Shown here piece by piece: positions 13,855 through 27,009 of a stretch of DNA of 64,000 nucleotides; the first letter of the stretch is position 1, and each line of letters starts with the position of its first letter. This DNA comes from Marsupella aquatica. Its lineage: Eukaryota > Plantae > Marchantiophyta. Under the pieces are notes generated by a model that saw only the letters and a program-made list of their open reading frames with translations, made no database searches and was not told the origin of the DNA. Location of the stretch: the NCBI GenBank assembly GCA_973895155.1, contig OZ316893.1, positions 21,374,955 through 21,438,954 of the forward strand. Direction: 5' to 3'. A program made the position numbers and the translations under genes.

Positions 13855-16800
13855 ATGGTAGTTACTTTGGTAGCAGAAGCTGCTTTGGTGGGAAGCATCG
13901 TCTCGACCGCAACATTTATACAAAACTGTACGACAGGGTGGTACGAGGCAGACATTGCCTGGGAGGACTTTCCTGTTAAAGTGAAACATCTTGAGGTCAC
14001 GCATAAATGTTGGAAGGAGCAACTTGAAAGACATGGTTTTACAACAACGTTACCAGTCAGCAAGCTGACGCAGAGTCTGGATGCAGCATGTAAACTACTA
14101 GAAGATGAAAAGGCCAAGCTACGGAAGAGAGGTGAACAAGGAAAAAACTCGAGAAAGATCAACAAGGCCGTGTCCAAAGTGACTGGCGCTCTGTTCCCTG
14201 CTAGTATTGGAGTAGCAATCGACCGCGCTATCAAGGCGTATGATGATTTGCTTGTTTTGTTGAAAACAAAGGTGGAAATAGCAAGTGTACTCGGTAAGAT
14301 AGCACAGTCCCAGCCAAGCTCACTGCCTTACCGCGAAGATGATCGGTACGTCCCTCTGGCTGTGGAGGCAACAGTCCTTGCCGCTTTAGATAATTCTTCC
14401 GGCCCTTTGGTGGTTCTGTTGTTTGGTGAACCTGGGCAAGGGAAGTCAATGTTGGCACACCACACCGGCCTCCTCTACCAGAAAGAGATCGACGAGTGTG
14501 GATCACGGCAAGTAAATCGAAGGGGTCCTCAAGACGAAGAGCGGATTACCAAGGCTCCGTTTGAACTGATCTTATATTTGGACTGCGGTCCAAAGGCTAA
14601 CGCTGATGCCAAGCAAATCGATCTCTTGCAATTCCTTGGTTGTGACCCCAAGAAATGTACATCAGTTGAACATCAACTACAGATACTCCTCAAAGTCCGA
14701 AAGCTCCTGATTGTTTTGGACAATGTTTGCGAAGAAGATTTTCTTCAAAGAATGATTAACGTGTGCGGTGCTGGAGTGAAGCTGTTGGTGACCTCCCAGA
14801 GGGAAGATTTGTGTAATGATTTGAATATACACAGTTACACACCTATTCGGATGGACGACGTTTCGCAAGACGAAGCGTGGAGAATACTCGAATGTCATAT
14901 TGGAAAGTCCACTCCTAAAGACATCAAGGTATATCTAGTCCCCTGAAATTTCATCACGATGATTTCAGCATCATTCATCCTGTATGTTTTTGCTAGTCTT
15001 TCTTGCTCTTTACCTCATTATAGTGTTAATGAATGATAATGAGATATAACGAATTGTCCAATGAGGGCCAGGAAAGAAAGCACGAGGGGAGCTGATATTC
15101 AAACAGCACAAGCATCTGAGTTCATTACCTTTACTTTGATCGTCAATTGCGTTCGTGCAACTTGTAACATGGATGCACATGTTCTTATTTCAGGTAGTCG
15201 AGAGATTGATCGAAGAAGCCCGTGGAAATCCTCTGATACTAGCTCTAATATCTTCAGAGATTGATCCCGGTAGAGCTCATGAGGAAACAGAGTGGCAAAC
15301 AGCATGGAATAACTTAGAACAAATTCTGCGCTCCTCCGAAAGTAAGAAGCTAATTTATGGCAAGCGATATGGAAAGGGCTACTTCTCTGCAATGCAATTA
15401 TCAATTCAGTCCTTAACACTGGGAGCCCGAGATTTGCTTACTTTACTACATTTGTGTGAAGGACCCTCCGTTCCAGAGGAAGTTGTTCAGATTCTACATA
15501 GAAGAAGCAAACCTCGGCTGCATGCATCATCATTCTCAAGACTCAGGATGGAATTAGAGAGTCGAAAACTCGTCACAGTCAGTACTACATCTTCAAGCTC
15601 AGAGAGTCCTTTGAGATCATGGTCATTGCACTCCCTGACAAAACGGTTCATTGAAAATGAAATGGGAGAGAGCAAGACATCAATGTTGAAGTCACTGAAT
15701 GGAGGTTACTGGGAGTTTTACCTTTTCGGCAGCCTAGTTTCAGTGTGCATGTCATTTAGAAAGTACACCATTTGGGAGGTTGGGATTGTGTTTATTGTTG
15801 GTCTACTACTATGTAAATTCACTAGGTTCAAAGCCATGGTCGAGAACTGTTACAGAAAATACTTGTCGTCAGCTGCTCCAAGTCCCTCTTTCTTGGTGGC
15901 TAACAAGACTCTGTTGGTTGGGAATTGGTACCGTTCAAGCTCACATTATCTGTTTGAATTCATTGTGATAGTGGATTTGGCTATTTTCATACTGATATAC
16001 TTGGTCATAACTAAAGAGAGAGTACGAGACTCATTAGCTAAATATTTTTCTGACTTAGGTGGGCCGGCCCTGTATATGCTTCTCACTGTTTTACTTTCAA
16101 AGTATAGTAGAGCGAAGAAATGGAGTTGGGGATGGCGTTGGGAAACTGAGATAGAGACAGTTTTATCTGCAATATACTTGGATGGACGATATAGTGAAAG
16201 GAGGGCTGTGTGCGAAGCGATCGCACATCACCGGGGGAGACTTAACAGCACCATAGTTCAAGCTATCGAACCAGTTACAAGACTACTTGGGCAACCCAAA
16301 AGTGATCGTTGGCCGCAATCTGCGAAGGAATGTGCTGCACGGGTGAGTTCAAGAGCACTTTTAGACTGAATCTCACTACCACGCAAACTTCTGCAAGTAT
16401 GGAGAATTTGTTTCACAATGGATAAGTAAGTGGTATTTTGAGAGAATGCAACATTTTCCTCCCCATACAAACTAACCATGGTGGGCACGTGTCGATTGAG
16501 GCCAGGTGTTTCTAAGTTACATCTGCTTGGATCGGTGGGACGTTGATGGCATCAATCACCTAATTGCCTTGCCGGTTTCAACCCTCCCCATGCTCGAAGC
16601 TTTAGAGAAAATGCTGAATTTGGCAACGGATTGTGATATTGCACTGCAAGACTTGTTGGACGACAGAGTAGATCTCTGCCTGAAAGGAGTTGTGGAATTC
16701 ACGAGAATGTTTGCCTCAGATACAGGAGGCAAAATTGGCCGCTGGCCGCTGCTAGAGGAGCCTTTTAAATTACTTGGTAACAGCAACAATAATGCCGTGC

Positions 16801-17162
16801 GAGATCTCACAGGAAACATTCTGGTGAGATTAGATGAAATCTGTCGATGCACTGGTGATCCATTAATCAGACGAATAGGGGTTAATGGCTCGGTTAATGG
16901 CCGACTACCAACTCTGGCCTCGGATATTGACCAGACTATCCTTGGTGGGGCGGGAAAGTGCATGAAGAATGTCCTTCGACATTTACAGCGGGAGCATGCA
17001 GGGTGCTGTCATCTTCGTGTGAAGTGGATTGAGTCTAAGATCGATTTGATTCTTGAACATGTTTTTTGCACGCATGGTGTACCTTTCTTCAACAGACTCT
17101 CCACGTTGTGCAGTGCTTCTTATTATGATATGTTAATTCGAAGTGAGTGTGTACAATGTTAA
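13855..17162 (+). CDS. Non-canonical NB-ARC (STAND/NLR-like) protein, 959 aa as modelled: helical N-terminal domain, NB-ARC, hydrophobic/TM segment, helical C-terminal domain; no LRR
   Basis: Exons 13855-14928, 15194-16342 and 16506-17162 join in frame through phase-0 GT-AG introns. P-loop GEPGQGKS (14425-14448), Walker B LLIVLDNV, RNBS-B-like KLLVTSQ, RNBS-C-like VSQDEAWRIL, GLPL-like GNPLILAL, MHD-like WSLHSL. Confidence 0.88.
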
Positions 17163-17189
17163 TTAAAACCGAAGTTGGGGATGGGCAGC

Positions 17190-17235
17190 AATGGAGACAT
17201 TGTCCGTCCCCATGGAGACATTGTCCGTCCCCATG
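17190..17235. repeat. 21-bp tandem duplication
   Basis: atggagacattgtccgtcccc occurs twice. Confidence 0.9.
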
Positions 17236-18248
17236 GGTTGCGTAACTGGCCATGGATTCACTCAAGTCATCAGCCGCCTAAAGTCATCAGCCAATTTACA
17301 CTCCAAAGAAGAAGAGACCTATTGCTTTTGGGAAGGACTTTTGGGAAGGACTTTTCACTTTGGTGATGGATGCCCTTACTAGTGAAGAAAAGGGAAGGGA
17401 CCTCATTCTTTGCAGAATTACATTTCACTTTGGTGATGGGTACCGGACTAGTAAAAATGACGAGACCGATTGCTTTTTGGGGACGTTTCACTTTGGTGGT
17501 GGATGCCTTGAGTAGTTTTTTCAGGTATCAAAGCAAGTGCAAACTGTTAGCCTTTTAGTAGACTTGTCCATTATACTCATTTCACATCGAGTATATCCGT
17601 GTATATCAAAGAGCATATAATTGCATTTTAGAGAATTTCAGAATTTCAGTGTCATGTCAATAGTTCACCATATAGGGTGTCTATGCCTCAAAACGGAAAA
17701 CTTACCGAGATCTACACTTCACAATAATTGCATCTTAAAATCATTTGTATTTTTTTCACATCACCAAAAAGATGCAATCAGTGTGCAAGGGTACGTCCTA
17801 AGATTGGAAGTAAGTGGGAGAGTCTAGAGGGTAGGTCTAGTTTTGGAGGGCTCAGTTATGCAAATATGGCACATTAAATGCAACAAAGCTTAGGGTCATT
17901 TGATCCCTTCTAAAGAACGACTTCATTTTTTTAATGGAAAAACATTGAATTCATGTTTATTGAATCCAATTTTGGGCATTGCAAGAAAATGTAGAATTTT
18001 TCCAAGGTGAAATCTGTGAAAGTCCACATAAAAGGAAAAAGTCAGTCATTACAATTGAACTCAAAATTTATCAGTTTCCACTCAAGTTACAGTAGCTACC
18101 ACACAGCTATGCCTCTATGATGGGCAAAATGTAGAGTTTTTAAACCATCTTTGGTGGATTTCAAAACGATTGGGTAAAAAAGTAGTAAGACTTAAAAAAA
18201 ATAAAAATTAGGATGTTTAAGACTTTAAAGCTTTGCACACGTGATTGC

Positions 18249-18452
18249 GGACCCTTACAGTGGACTCGATGGATCCCTTATAGTGGACTCGATGGATCCC
18301 TTATAGTGGACCTCAAGGGTTTACTGTTCACCTAGGCAAATGAACTCTGGCTGGTAGAGCAGGAGCCTTGCTATTATAATGGTTCACCTAGGCAAATGAT
18401 TAGGCAAATGAACTCTGGCTGTTCGAGCAGGAGCCTTGTTGTTATTATAATG
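18249..18452. repeat. Tandem repeat cluster: about three 23-bp units, then duplicated gttcacctaggcaaatga / gcaggagccttg units
   Basis: cccttatagtggactcgatggat repeats with a 23-bp period at 18249-18312. The gttcacctaggcaaatgaac motif recurs inverted at about 52065-52085, indicating a dispersed repeat family. Confidence 0.75.
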
Positions 18453-21400
18453 GCAGCTGTGGTACGAAATCTAGTTTAGAGAAGTTTAGCCAAAGACTTG
18501 GAATGGGGCCATGTCAGAACTGCAGTTAAACTCACCAAAGGACACGAGTTTCTGGTTTAATATTTTGATCTGGTAAGAGTACGGAAGAGATCCAGATGGT
18601 TCAATAGGGGACTATTGAAAGATAGTACGTAAGATAGTACGTAAATTAAAAAAACCATTGTGACATGTGCAGAGGAAAATGTACTGGTTAACTGCCAAGG
18701 ATCCATCCCAGACTACCATGCTAACTTGCTAAGGCCATGAAGTGGGTCAACTTTCAGCAGAGCTTTATAACCTCATAAACTAAGAAGGGGGGCCATTTGA
18801 GCCCGATCAAGGTGCTCTAAAAGAGGATTTTCTTTGGAGCCTGGAGGTCAGGGCCGGAATTTTATGGACCATGGATGTACTTAGGGATGCCAGGATGTAA
18901 GGGATGCCAGCTTGCGCTGGCTGGACTGGACTAGCCAGACCTCAACTGGACCCATCACCCACAAACCCCATCCGGACCCGAGCGGCCATAGGGTGAGCAG
19001 GGCCAGCACATGGCACAGCCCTCACCTGGGCTCTTGTTGACACACTCCACACCTGGATAAGGAGACCTTGTTTGCCACATCAAAGGTCAGTAGTTGTTAA
19101 TGACTTAGTCAAGCCACAGACGTAGGGGAAAAGGGGAAACATTTGATGTTGCTTGTTGAGAGGAAGCTTTGGGTTGAAGGTGGGCAGGCTTTTATGATTA
19201 AATTGACCATATGAAATCTGGTAGACCAGGTAAAGTTATATATCATGGATGGAAGTGTCTCTTAGATAATTATAAAAAAGAAAGTTTAAGAACTCTTAGA
19301 TGAATGAATGCCCAAATGAATGGATACTTGAAAAGGTTCTGGTCTTGATATTTGGCCAAGGTTACTCACGGTGGCTTAAGAGACTATTCCAAATGACTCC
19401 ACTACAACTTAAAAACCATTGGAACCACAGGGACAGATATTGGGTGACTCCAGGACAGGCCCTAGCCTAGGAAACAGAGGGTGCCTGGTGGTATGTGTAA
19501 GGCATAATATATATTTGGATGTGAGGGTTTCTCCATACCATATGTGGCAAACATATTAAACATGGAAAGCAACAGATTAGAGTCTTTTCTGACTCAGATC
19601 TGCCAATCTAATATCTTTTTACTTCACTGTATCAATCAGTACTTGACTAGGAAGAAAATGAAAATTTGAAGAAATTCACGTTGATTGTGGTTTCCACTCA
19701 GTTCACTTGACGAATAAGTAATTACTGACTTGTATATAATCGTTCTTACCAGTTTGCAAGCCACAACTAGTGTAGCTTTCACATGAGTTACAATGATCCT
19801 CAAGCCTATAACCATTCTTGCATGTATTGCAATTTTCACACAAGTGAGTTCAATATGCACCAATGGACATTACATGCTTCTTGTCACCATTGATCAATAA
19901 ATCTGAACAGCTTTTTACTAGCCTGTCCTCCAAACTACCCATTATTGTTAATGTGCCCCCCAAGAAAAATTAATTATCAGCCTGCCTCCCATTTTGTATT
20001 CGGGTTAATATTAACTTGTATAGGGTTCTCATTGCCATGTAGCAAGTTACTATTGGATAGTAAAAAGTTGTAAATATGAATGCCTAAGAATGAGTTATTA
20101 TCTTATTTTGTTGCATCAAATACCAGTCTCTGTTTGAATTTGTCGTCAAAGAATGTGGATCATTTGTGCATCTAAACCAGACATTTCCTTCATGAAAAAG
20201 GACAAGTTAAGACAAAAGTAAAGAATCAATAATTAAACAAAGCAAGGAGAATGTCTACAATATATTAAGGCACGGGGAGACCAAAAAACGATGGAATAGA
20301 GAAATATAATAATGTAAAGAATTGTAAACTTACAAAGAAACTCTTCAAGTCTCTGAATCATTTGAACATTTCTCAGTTGCTCACGATGTCAACTACTCTC
20401 CCATGTGTTCCCTCCTCTTACCTCCTCTTAGTCAACAGAACAACTAAGTGATTTAGCTTTTAACAGGCCTGCCCATGCAAGATGCATGAAGCAACTGCTC
20501 TAATATGCTCTAATATCATAGAATCTAACTATACTTCACTCAACTCATCCCACAAAGGAATGATTGGAACTTACAAAGAAAGAGGTATGCACGGAACTGA
20601 GTCCTAAGTCACAATCCCACTGGAAATAATCCTACTGGTTCTAACAATACATATCCTATCTAATCCTCAACCAGTTAGAGAGAGTTGACTTGCATGCTAA
20701 TGTAATCTAAGGGTGGTTTTACAAGAACTTGGGGGCAGCAATTCCTTTTTTTCTAAGTGACAGAATAGATGCAATCTTAGCCATTCATATGTACGTTGTG
20801 GGAACTGGCCACACTTCACTTTACATGAACTTGGGGGCACAATCAAGGAAAAACATTACCAAACCTAGTCATCTCTCAGTGGGCCCCTTGTGGGTCCCTT
20901 TTTTGGCTGATGTGACAATGTGTGCAAGCTTTTTGGTCAAAAACTTGGAAAACTTGGACCTCCTCTTGAGGTGGTCTAAAAACTAGGAGCAAACGGCAGC
21001 TTCTTTCAAGGAATTGCATTGATTACTTCCAGACCTCACAAATTTTTGCTCAGGCATTTTAACTTTTGTGTAAGGATCAGCTTTGCTTTGGATGGAGAGA
21101 CACTGAATGGCCCCCACTGCCTTGAAAAGCCCCCCTAAGTAAGCTTAAGAAACATTAAGAAACCAAAGCTAACTCGTGGATCTCTCCAGCACAAATATAA
21201 TTCCCTAAAACTTTGCCCACCGAACACCATACTTCCATCTAAATAATCTGATATTGATTTCACCCCTCCATCTCCCCATCTTCACTTTTGAAATCTTCTA
21301 AGTAATTTACTCCACAATCCGGCCTCTATAAGAACTCATCTCACTCTTTAGTAGACAGATCTGATCACCAAAATTCAGGATACTTGATTCTCACAATGGT

Positions 21401-22598
21401 TGCAACAAGTTGGATAATATTGTTGCCCAGAGCCTCAGGACTTGTAGACACAACTCATTCACACAGCTCCTGGTCACTTTTCCGTTTGTTTCAGGAAGTG
21501 CTTGGAATTAATCGCTCGGTATGTTATCAAATTGCCAATCATGCCTTCCACACAAAAGCTGCAATCTCTCTCCTGATCAATCTGCACAATGATTTCCATA
21601 CAGCCCTTCATGAAATCTCATCCCAGTAGGCTGGTGTGGGAAGTGACACTTGGAACAAGTGTCTGGTCAAGAAGTAAATGTGTTATTGCAACTTGCACGT
21701 AAGGTTTATATGTTTCTAGACACTTCACGATCGTCCCTGTACCTAAGGACACTGAAAAACACCATGAGGGAACACTCTTTGAGAGTACTCCAACACATCA
21801 AGCACTTTTTCCTGTCCCGAGCAAATTTACCAACGATATAAGTTTTATTCTTGGCTTCTTCAATGTTTGATGAGGTTGAGCTCTTGCCACAACCCTGAGT
21901 GGTTGTGATTCCTCTGGCTTGGGATGATCCTAGTGGTGATGTTGGGCTCAGATTTGATTTAAAGTGCTTTGTCACTGTTGCTGACCTTGCTTCCTTTGGC
22001 ACCACTAGTGTATGTTGGACTGTTGTTGTCATACTCTCAGTTTGGGATGTTGATGCTAGAGTTGAAAACCCCGCTTCCATGGTTCGTATTGCCGCTTCTG
22101 ACTCTGTTGTTGATCTTTCACTTGCAGCTGTTTCTTTTCTACTCTGTCCTCCTTGTATGGTTTGGGCCTGACTTAATGTTCCCTTGGTGAGGGGTTTCAT
22201 AGATTTATCGTTAAACTTAAAAAAAAGAAAGGAATTGGGACACACTATCTTACTTATAAATGCCCAACTGTAAGCTAGAGTGGTGGCCTAGACCATGGCT
22301 CATTATGTGGATGTAAAACTCATGACTATGATGTATGTCAAATGCATACTTTTTGTCAAAGTATTTATTTGCATTTAAAAATTGGGTTCTATGTTCACAC
22401 AATAACATCTCAGCATAGAAAACAAGATGTGCATTCAAAAGAATATGATACATGTTGTGCATAGAATGAAAGATGTACATACAAACCAATATGATATGTC
22501 ATGAATGATTATTAAATGATGACATGCATGATGATTTTTTTATAAGTGAATAAAATATATATTTTGGTGATATTTTTATTGTACTCCCTAGTATCTCC

Positions 22599-22657
22599 AG
22601 ATAGTAGGGGCTAGTATTTGTAATTCTGGAGATAGTAGGGGCTAGTATTTGTAATTC
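22599..22657. repeat. 31-bp tandem duplication
   Basis: agatagtaggggctagtatttgtaattc occurs twice. Confidence 0.9.
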
Positions 22658-23704
22658 CAAGCAGCTTTAGTGGCTATGTAATTAAATTTATTTTATTGTT
22701 TGCGCCAACAGATAGGGAGGATATTGTAGGGACTGAAGTGCTCTATGCTCCCTCTGATACTGGGACTGTAGAGACTGCAGTGCTCCCTATAACACGGTAG
22801 AGACTGAAGTGCTGTGATATAGCTGGCCACAACCGTCTGCCAAAGTGCCAATGTGCCAATGTGCGCGATTGGAATCCTTCTCGAACTTAATTCAACGCCG
22901 CCAAGTGCCGGCATTCAAGCGTGGAACGGTTCTCACTCCTCACCATTCTCGAGAATCTGGACTGTTTCCCATCCAGAACAGTCGTGGATTTTCTAAGCCA
23001 AAAGCCCAAAAGTCTCGCGGCATTGTGCTGTGATTGTGCTCTGCTGCTGCCCCTCTGGATTTTCGGCCGGCTCTCTCTCTCTTTTACTCAGTCGTCGATA
23101 TACGTACTGCAGTGCTGCGATTCTTCTCGGTTGGCCGTCCACAGAAAGGCAATCGCTCGCAAGGCTGGTGGGTTTCAGTGTCAAAGCAATTCCTGGGTAG
23201 CTGTGGTCTCCTCCTCTGTCGTGCGAAGAATTGTCCCTCTTTGTTGGTGATTCGATGGATTCTCCTCCTGCGGAAAGAGAATTGCTTCCAATCTCACCGA
23301 ATTGAGTCGAGTCCTGCAATCGGAAAGTGTCGGTCCTAGAGAGCGAGCCTGAGGTAGTTTGTGCCGCGATGGAAATGTTTACTACCAAGTGTGTCGTGCC
23401 TTTAGTTTCCTTCGTGTGAATGGCGTTATGTTATGTTTCCAAATCGATCTACTGTCGTCTGGAAAGGCGTCTGGCTGTTTCTTTCGTTTTGGTCCCTCAC
23501 AAACTTTTTTCGCGAAGTTGTTCGACTTTGGGAAGAAGCGAATGGTTGAATGCTACTGACATTACACTTCGGTTGCGAGGACTGGTGAATTCAGAGCGCA
23601 GAGCGAGTGTTCTACACACGGCAACTGACTGACGTGCATAAGGCAATAGGGGTGGTGGCGAACGGAGCGAAGGAGCTAGAGTTGTTGCTTTGAATCAATC
23701 ATTC

Positions 23705-24148
23705 ATGACGATGACTTCGATGAGGGTGATTCTAGTACTTGTGCCGTTTCTTTTGAGCACGGTGCAGCTGGGCCATGGCGCTGTTGTTGTGAACAATACC
23801 TCCGCATTCAACGTGAGTGTGTATGACACGAACACGACCATTATCATTGATACGTTGGAGCCCAACCAGACGACATCTTTCCCGTTGGACACGGCAGGGC
23901 CTGATTTCTTTATAGTCAGGAATCAGAACAAGGTGGCGAACTTCAGCGTACTGGTCAGCGATGGCAGCGAACTGTACCTCTACGGCAAGCGCAAGGTGTC
24001 GTACACAATCTATCCCCCACTTCAACCAGCGCCGACGGCAGCGCCTTCTTCAGCGCCTTCTTCAGCGCCTTCTTCAGCACCTTCTTCAGCGCCTTCTTCA
24101 GCACCCTCTTCAGCACCTTCTTCAGCGCCTTCTTCAGCACCTTCTTAA
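23705..24148 (+). CDS. Small secreted glycoprotein with a beta-rich domain and (SSAP)8 tail, chimeric AGP-like
   Basis: Signal peptide MRVILVLVPFLLSTVQLGHG/A; several N-glycosylation sequons (NNT, NVS, NTT, NQT, NFS); C-terminal PAPTAAP(SSAP)8S with the AP dipeptides typical of arabinogalactan glycomotifs; intronless CDS. Confidence 0.75.
   Translation: MTMTSMRVILVLVPFLLSTVQLGHGAVVVNNTSAFNVSVYDTNTTIIIDTLEPNQTTSFPLDTAGPDFFIVRNQNKVANFSVLVSDGSELYLYGKRKVSYTIYPPLQPAPTAAPSSAPSSAPSSAPSSAPSSAPSSAPSSAPSSAPS
24041..24145 (+). repeat. Coding 12-bp minisatellite, TCTTCAGCRCCY x8
   Basis: Directly visible; encodes the SSAP units. Confidence 0.95.
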
Positions 24149-24808
24149 CATTCACATTCAGGGGGAGTAACGGCTGGTGGATGAGTACCGGCAAGGGCAA
24201 GGTGTTGAACACAATTTCTCCCTCACGTCAACCAGCGCCAACAGTGCTTCAAATTCAGGGGGACCAACGGCTGGTGGATGACTGCACTCCTCCATTTTGC
24301 CCCCGCGCCTTTACTCGAACTTTTAGGTTAGGTAACACAAATTACTTCGATCCATGTCCGCCAATAATCTTCTCATGATTCGAGAAGTGTATGTAGTTGT
24401 GCCATGATGCAAAAGTTGGCTGGATTTCTAGCCGCCTTAATTTGCTTCCCGTCTGTTGAGAGGAAATTCCGGAAAAATTAAGGAAAAATCAACTGGCGGC
24501 AGTCTCGAGGCTCTTCGGGATGTATACTAAGTCCAACCAGCTTGAATGCAGTTAGGGTTTTTAATGATGAGAACTTCATTCCTTCGGTGTTCAACCGGTC
24601 GTGCTGTTGTGCTCGCCAGGCTGCATCTCTTATTCCGAGTGTAGCCTGGACTGGAGTCGTTCGTCCATCACTCATACTTCAATTCGTTCTCGAACGTTCT
24701 TTGCTCCATTAGAACTTCTCTCAATGGCTGCCTTTTTGCTCTCCTATGCTCATTCAACAAGTTTCAGCTGCACGTGCCTTGCTGCTGTGTTGCTTTTGCA
24801 GTAAGAAT

Positions 24809-25720
24809 ATGTCGAGTGAGCTTCGGCGCCCCAATTTGTGTGACATGGAGCTGGACCCCGAGCTGGTTTGGCAACAGTTGATCGTATCAATGCAGCGTGT
24901 AGTGTAGCTTACGGTGGCTGCAATTTGGACGACGGAGGGCACTTTCCAATAGCGAGGATCGTGTACTTGTTGTACAGCCAAGAAATCAAATTGTTCCCGC
25001 TTGATTGTTCGCGACAGATGAGCTCCCGCGAAGTCTTCGGAGACCTCAGAGATTCAATTCAACTCAATCCACGGCGGCAAATTAAATTGCGCAATGCAGA
25101 TCAGTTTGCTGTCCTCGCCTTCTTCAAGTCTGTTTCATGCTCTTGACGTTCATGATTCTACAGCAGCTGTAGCGGCATAGCAGCCACCCACTTTCTTTCT
25201 AGCAGAGGGTACCTGGAGGTAAGATTATGTCCGGGAGTCCATGTTCTGTCAATGCCTCAAGTCCTCAACGTCATGTCAGACGAGCAGTCAACACCATAAA
25301 CAGCATTGCGAGTGGTTCACTGACTGAACGAAGTGCTGCAGTACTACCAATGAACCTAATTTAATTTCTCTCATAGCGTTCCTCTAGCAATTGACGAGGA
25401 GAAGAATCCTAAGATAGTAATTTAGCATTGTTGGAATGATCACCCCGGTAAACTTGCTCCGTAGCCAGCTTCTTTTCCGCACGTGAAATCTGCAGTGACT
25501 GCCACAGCTTCCAATGAGACTTTAATTCATACAAGCGGTGAGCACATCTCAATGTTGTTGTCAAACGCGGGATGACATGAATGCCAGCTTAATCAGGATG
25601 TTGAATTGCCGCGTACGGTTTTATTCACGTGTGGCTCTACCCTCCCGATTAAGGGAATGACTAGGACACGCAGTGCCGGTTCTTTTTTAAACAGTGGACC
25701 GTTGGCGAGAGATATCGTCC
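24809..25720 (+). pseudogene. Possible degenerate F-box gene remnant
   Basis: MELDPELVWQQL and HFPIARIVYL loosely resemble the (M/L)DPxxWxxLP F-box start; many stops and frameshifts follow. Weak similarity judged by eye. Confidence 0.22.
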
Positions 25721-26208
25721 CATAGCTAGTTTCAGAATACAGACGGCCAGGAAAGCACGGTGAGGCAATTAGACTTGGTGAGGACCTTCGATTGGTGAGG
25801 TCAAGATGTGACAGAATTGTATGCAACAACCACGTCCATACCGTCAGCTGTCAAAGCAGGAGAATTCAATTAATGAGATGCTGGCTAAGTCGGAGTACAA
25901 CACTACAATTGGTCCGTCCCAAAGTAGGACAATCTATGGACAGCATTGGACTGGGGGTCGGGCTTGGAATTGACCACGCCGGACTACTACAATCGTAATC
26001 TGGAGTCCGCATAATCGTGGAACTCTGTGTAACCTGTTCTCTCAATGAACGAGGGGAAACAAGCTAGAGCGATTGATCCCACTGTCGTCAAAGCAAAGTC
26101 ACTCTCTTCTGCGCTTTTGCTCACAACGAACCGACATCGCTAATATCAATCATCTCGGTTCGCTTCTGGCTTCCGTTGAAAGGAGAAGGTCGCTTCTTCC
26201 CGACGAGT

Positions 26209-26325
26209 ATTATGCGTTGGAAATCTGACTGAAATCTAGATATTGTTTTCAGGGATCGTTGCCTTGAGAATTATGCATTGGAAATCTGACTGAAATCTAG
26301 ATATTGTTTTCAGGGATCGTTGCCT
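26209..26325. repeat. 61-bp tandem duplication
   Basis: ttatgc.ttggaaatctgactgaaatctagatattgttttcagggatcgttgcct occurs twice. Confidence 0.9.
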
Positions 26326-27009
26326 AGAGAGAATATGGTGAAGTGTTGAATTTTGGAATCGAATTCATTCGAATCGTTTTCCCAACAGAAAAAGTCAGTT
26401 ATCCCCAGAAATCTTACAATCATGTGAATATCAGTCTAGAAATATTTTCTGGGATGTTTGAATGCGGAGGACAGTTATTTCGACACTCCTCCAGTTGGAA
26501 ATCAGTCAAGTAAAATCTGGGCACCTGGAATCGTTTCGTGGAGAATGTGGAGGAACTTTCGATCCTGAAAGTATATATGTATACCAAACTGCCAGAAAAC
26601 AAAAAGCTCCCAACCGGGAGACATGATCCCATTGGCAAAAACACAATCAAGGGAGAAAAAGGAAAAATAAAAAAAAGGAAAAATAAAAAAAGCCAGCAGT
26701 CTGTTCAGACTGCATTCCAACTTCTCCCCATGTCTTGAGACTTGAGAGCATGCCCTTAACTGAGTGTTAAATCTTCAAATCATGCAATGTAATTGCTACC
26801 AGGAAACCTAGTAGAGCTAACAAATGTGTGTATTTTTTTTCCTTGACACCCAAAGCAACCCATCCAAGAGGGGATAGGCCGTCTACTTTGGGGCTGAACC
26901 TTTGTAGGGTAATTACAAGGGGACACACCCGGGGATGGACAGGGACCCATACCAAGCAGGAGAGAGGGTTAAACTAGGTCCCAAACTGGACTAGCCAGAG
27001 AGCCAAGTT

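Larger units (their letters stand above)
17850..22700. mobile_element. Gene-free region probably made of degenerate transposon remnants (family not identifiable)
   Basis: No spliceable conserved ORF; stop-interrupted, coding-like minus-strand stretch at about 21200-22245; internal tandem repeats; motif shared with 52065-52085. Inference only. Confidence 0.35.

Noticed and set aside
21706-22245. 179-aa Ser/Thr-rich minus-strand ORF as a host gene
   Set aside because: Low complexity, non-ATG start, and followed by stop-riddled sequence; more likely a TE remnant.
23955-24212. Alternative-frame ORFs with (LKKA)n or (LLQR)n repeats that resemble antimicrobial peptides
   Set aside because: These are other-frame readings of the SSAP minisatellite; the signal-peptide frame explains the locus.
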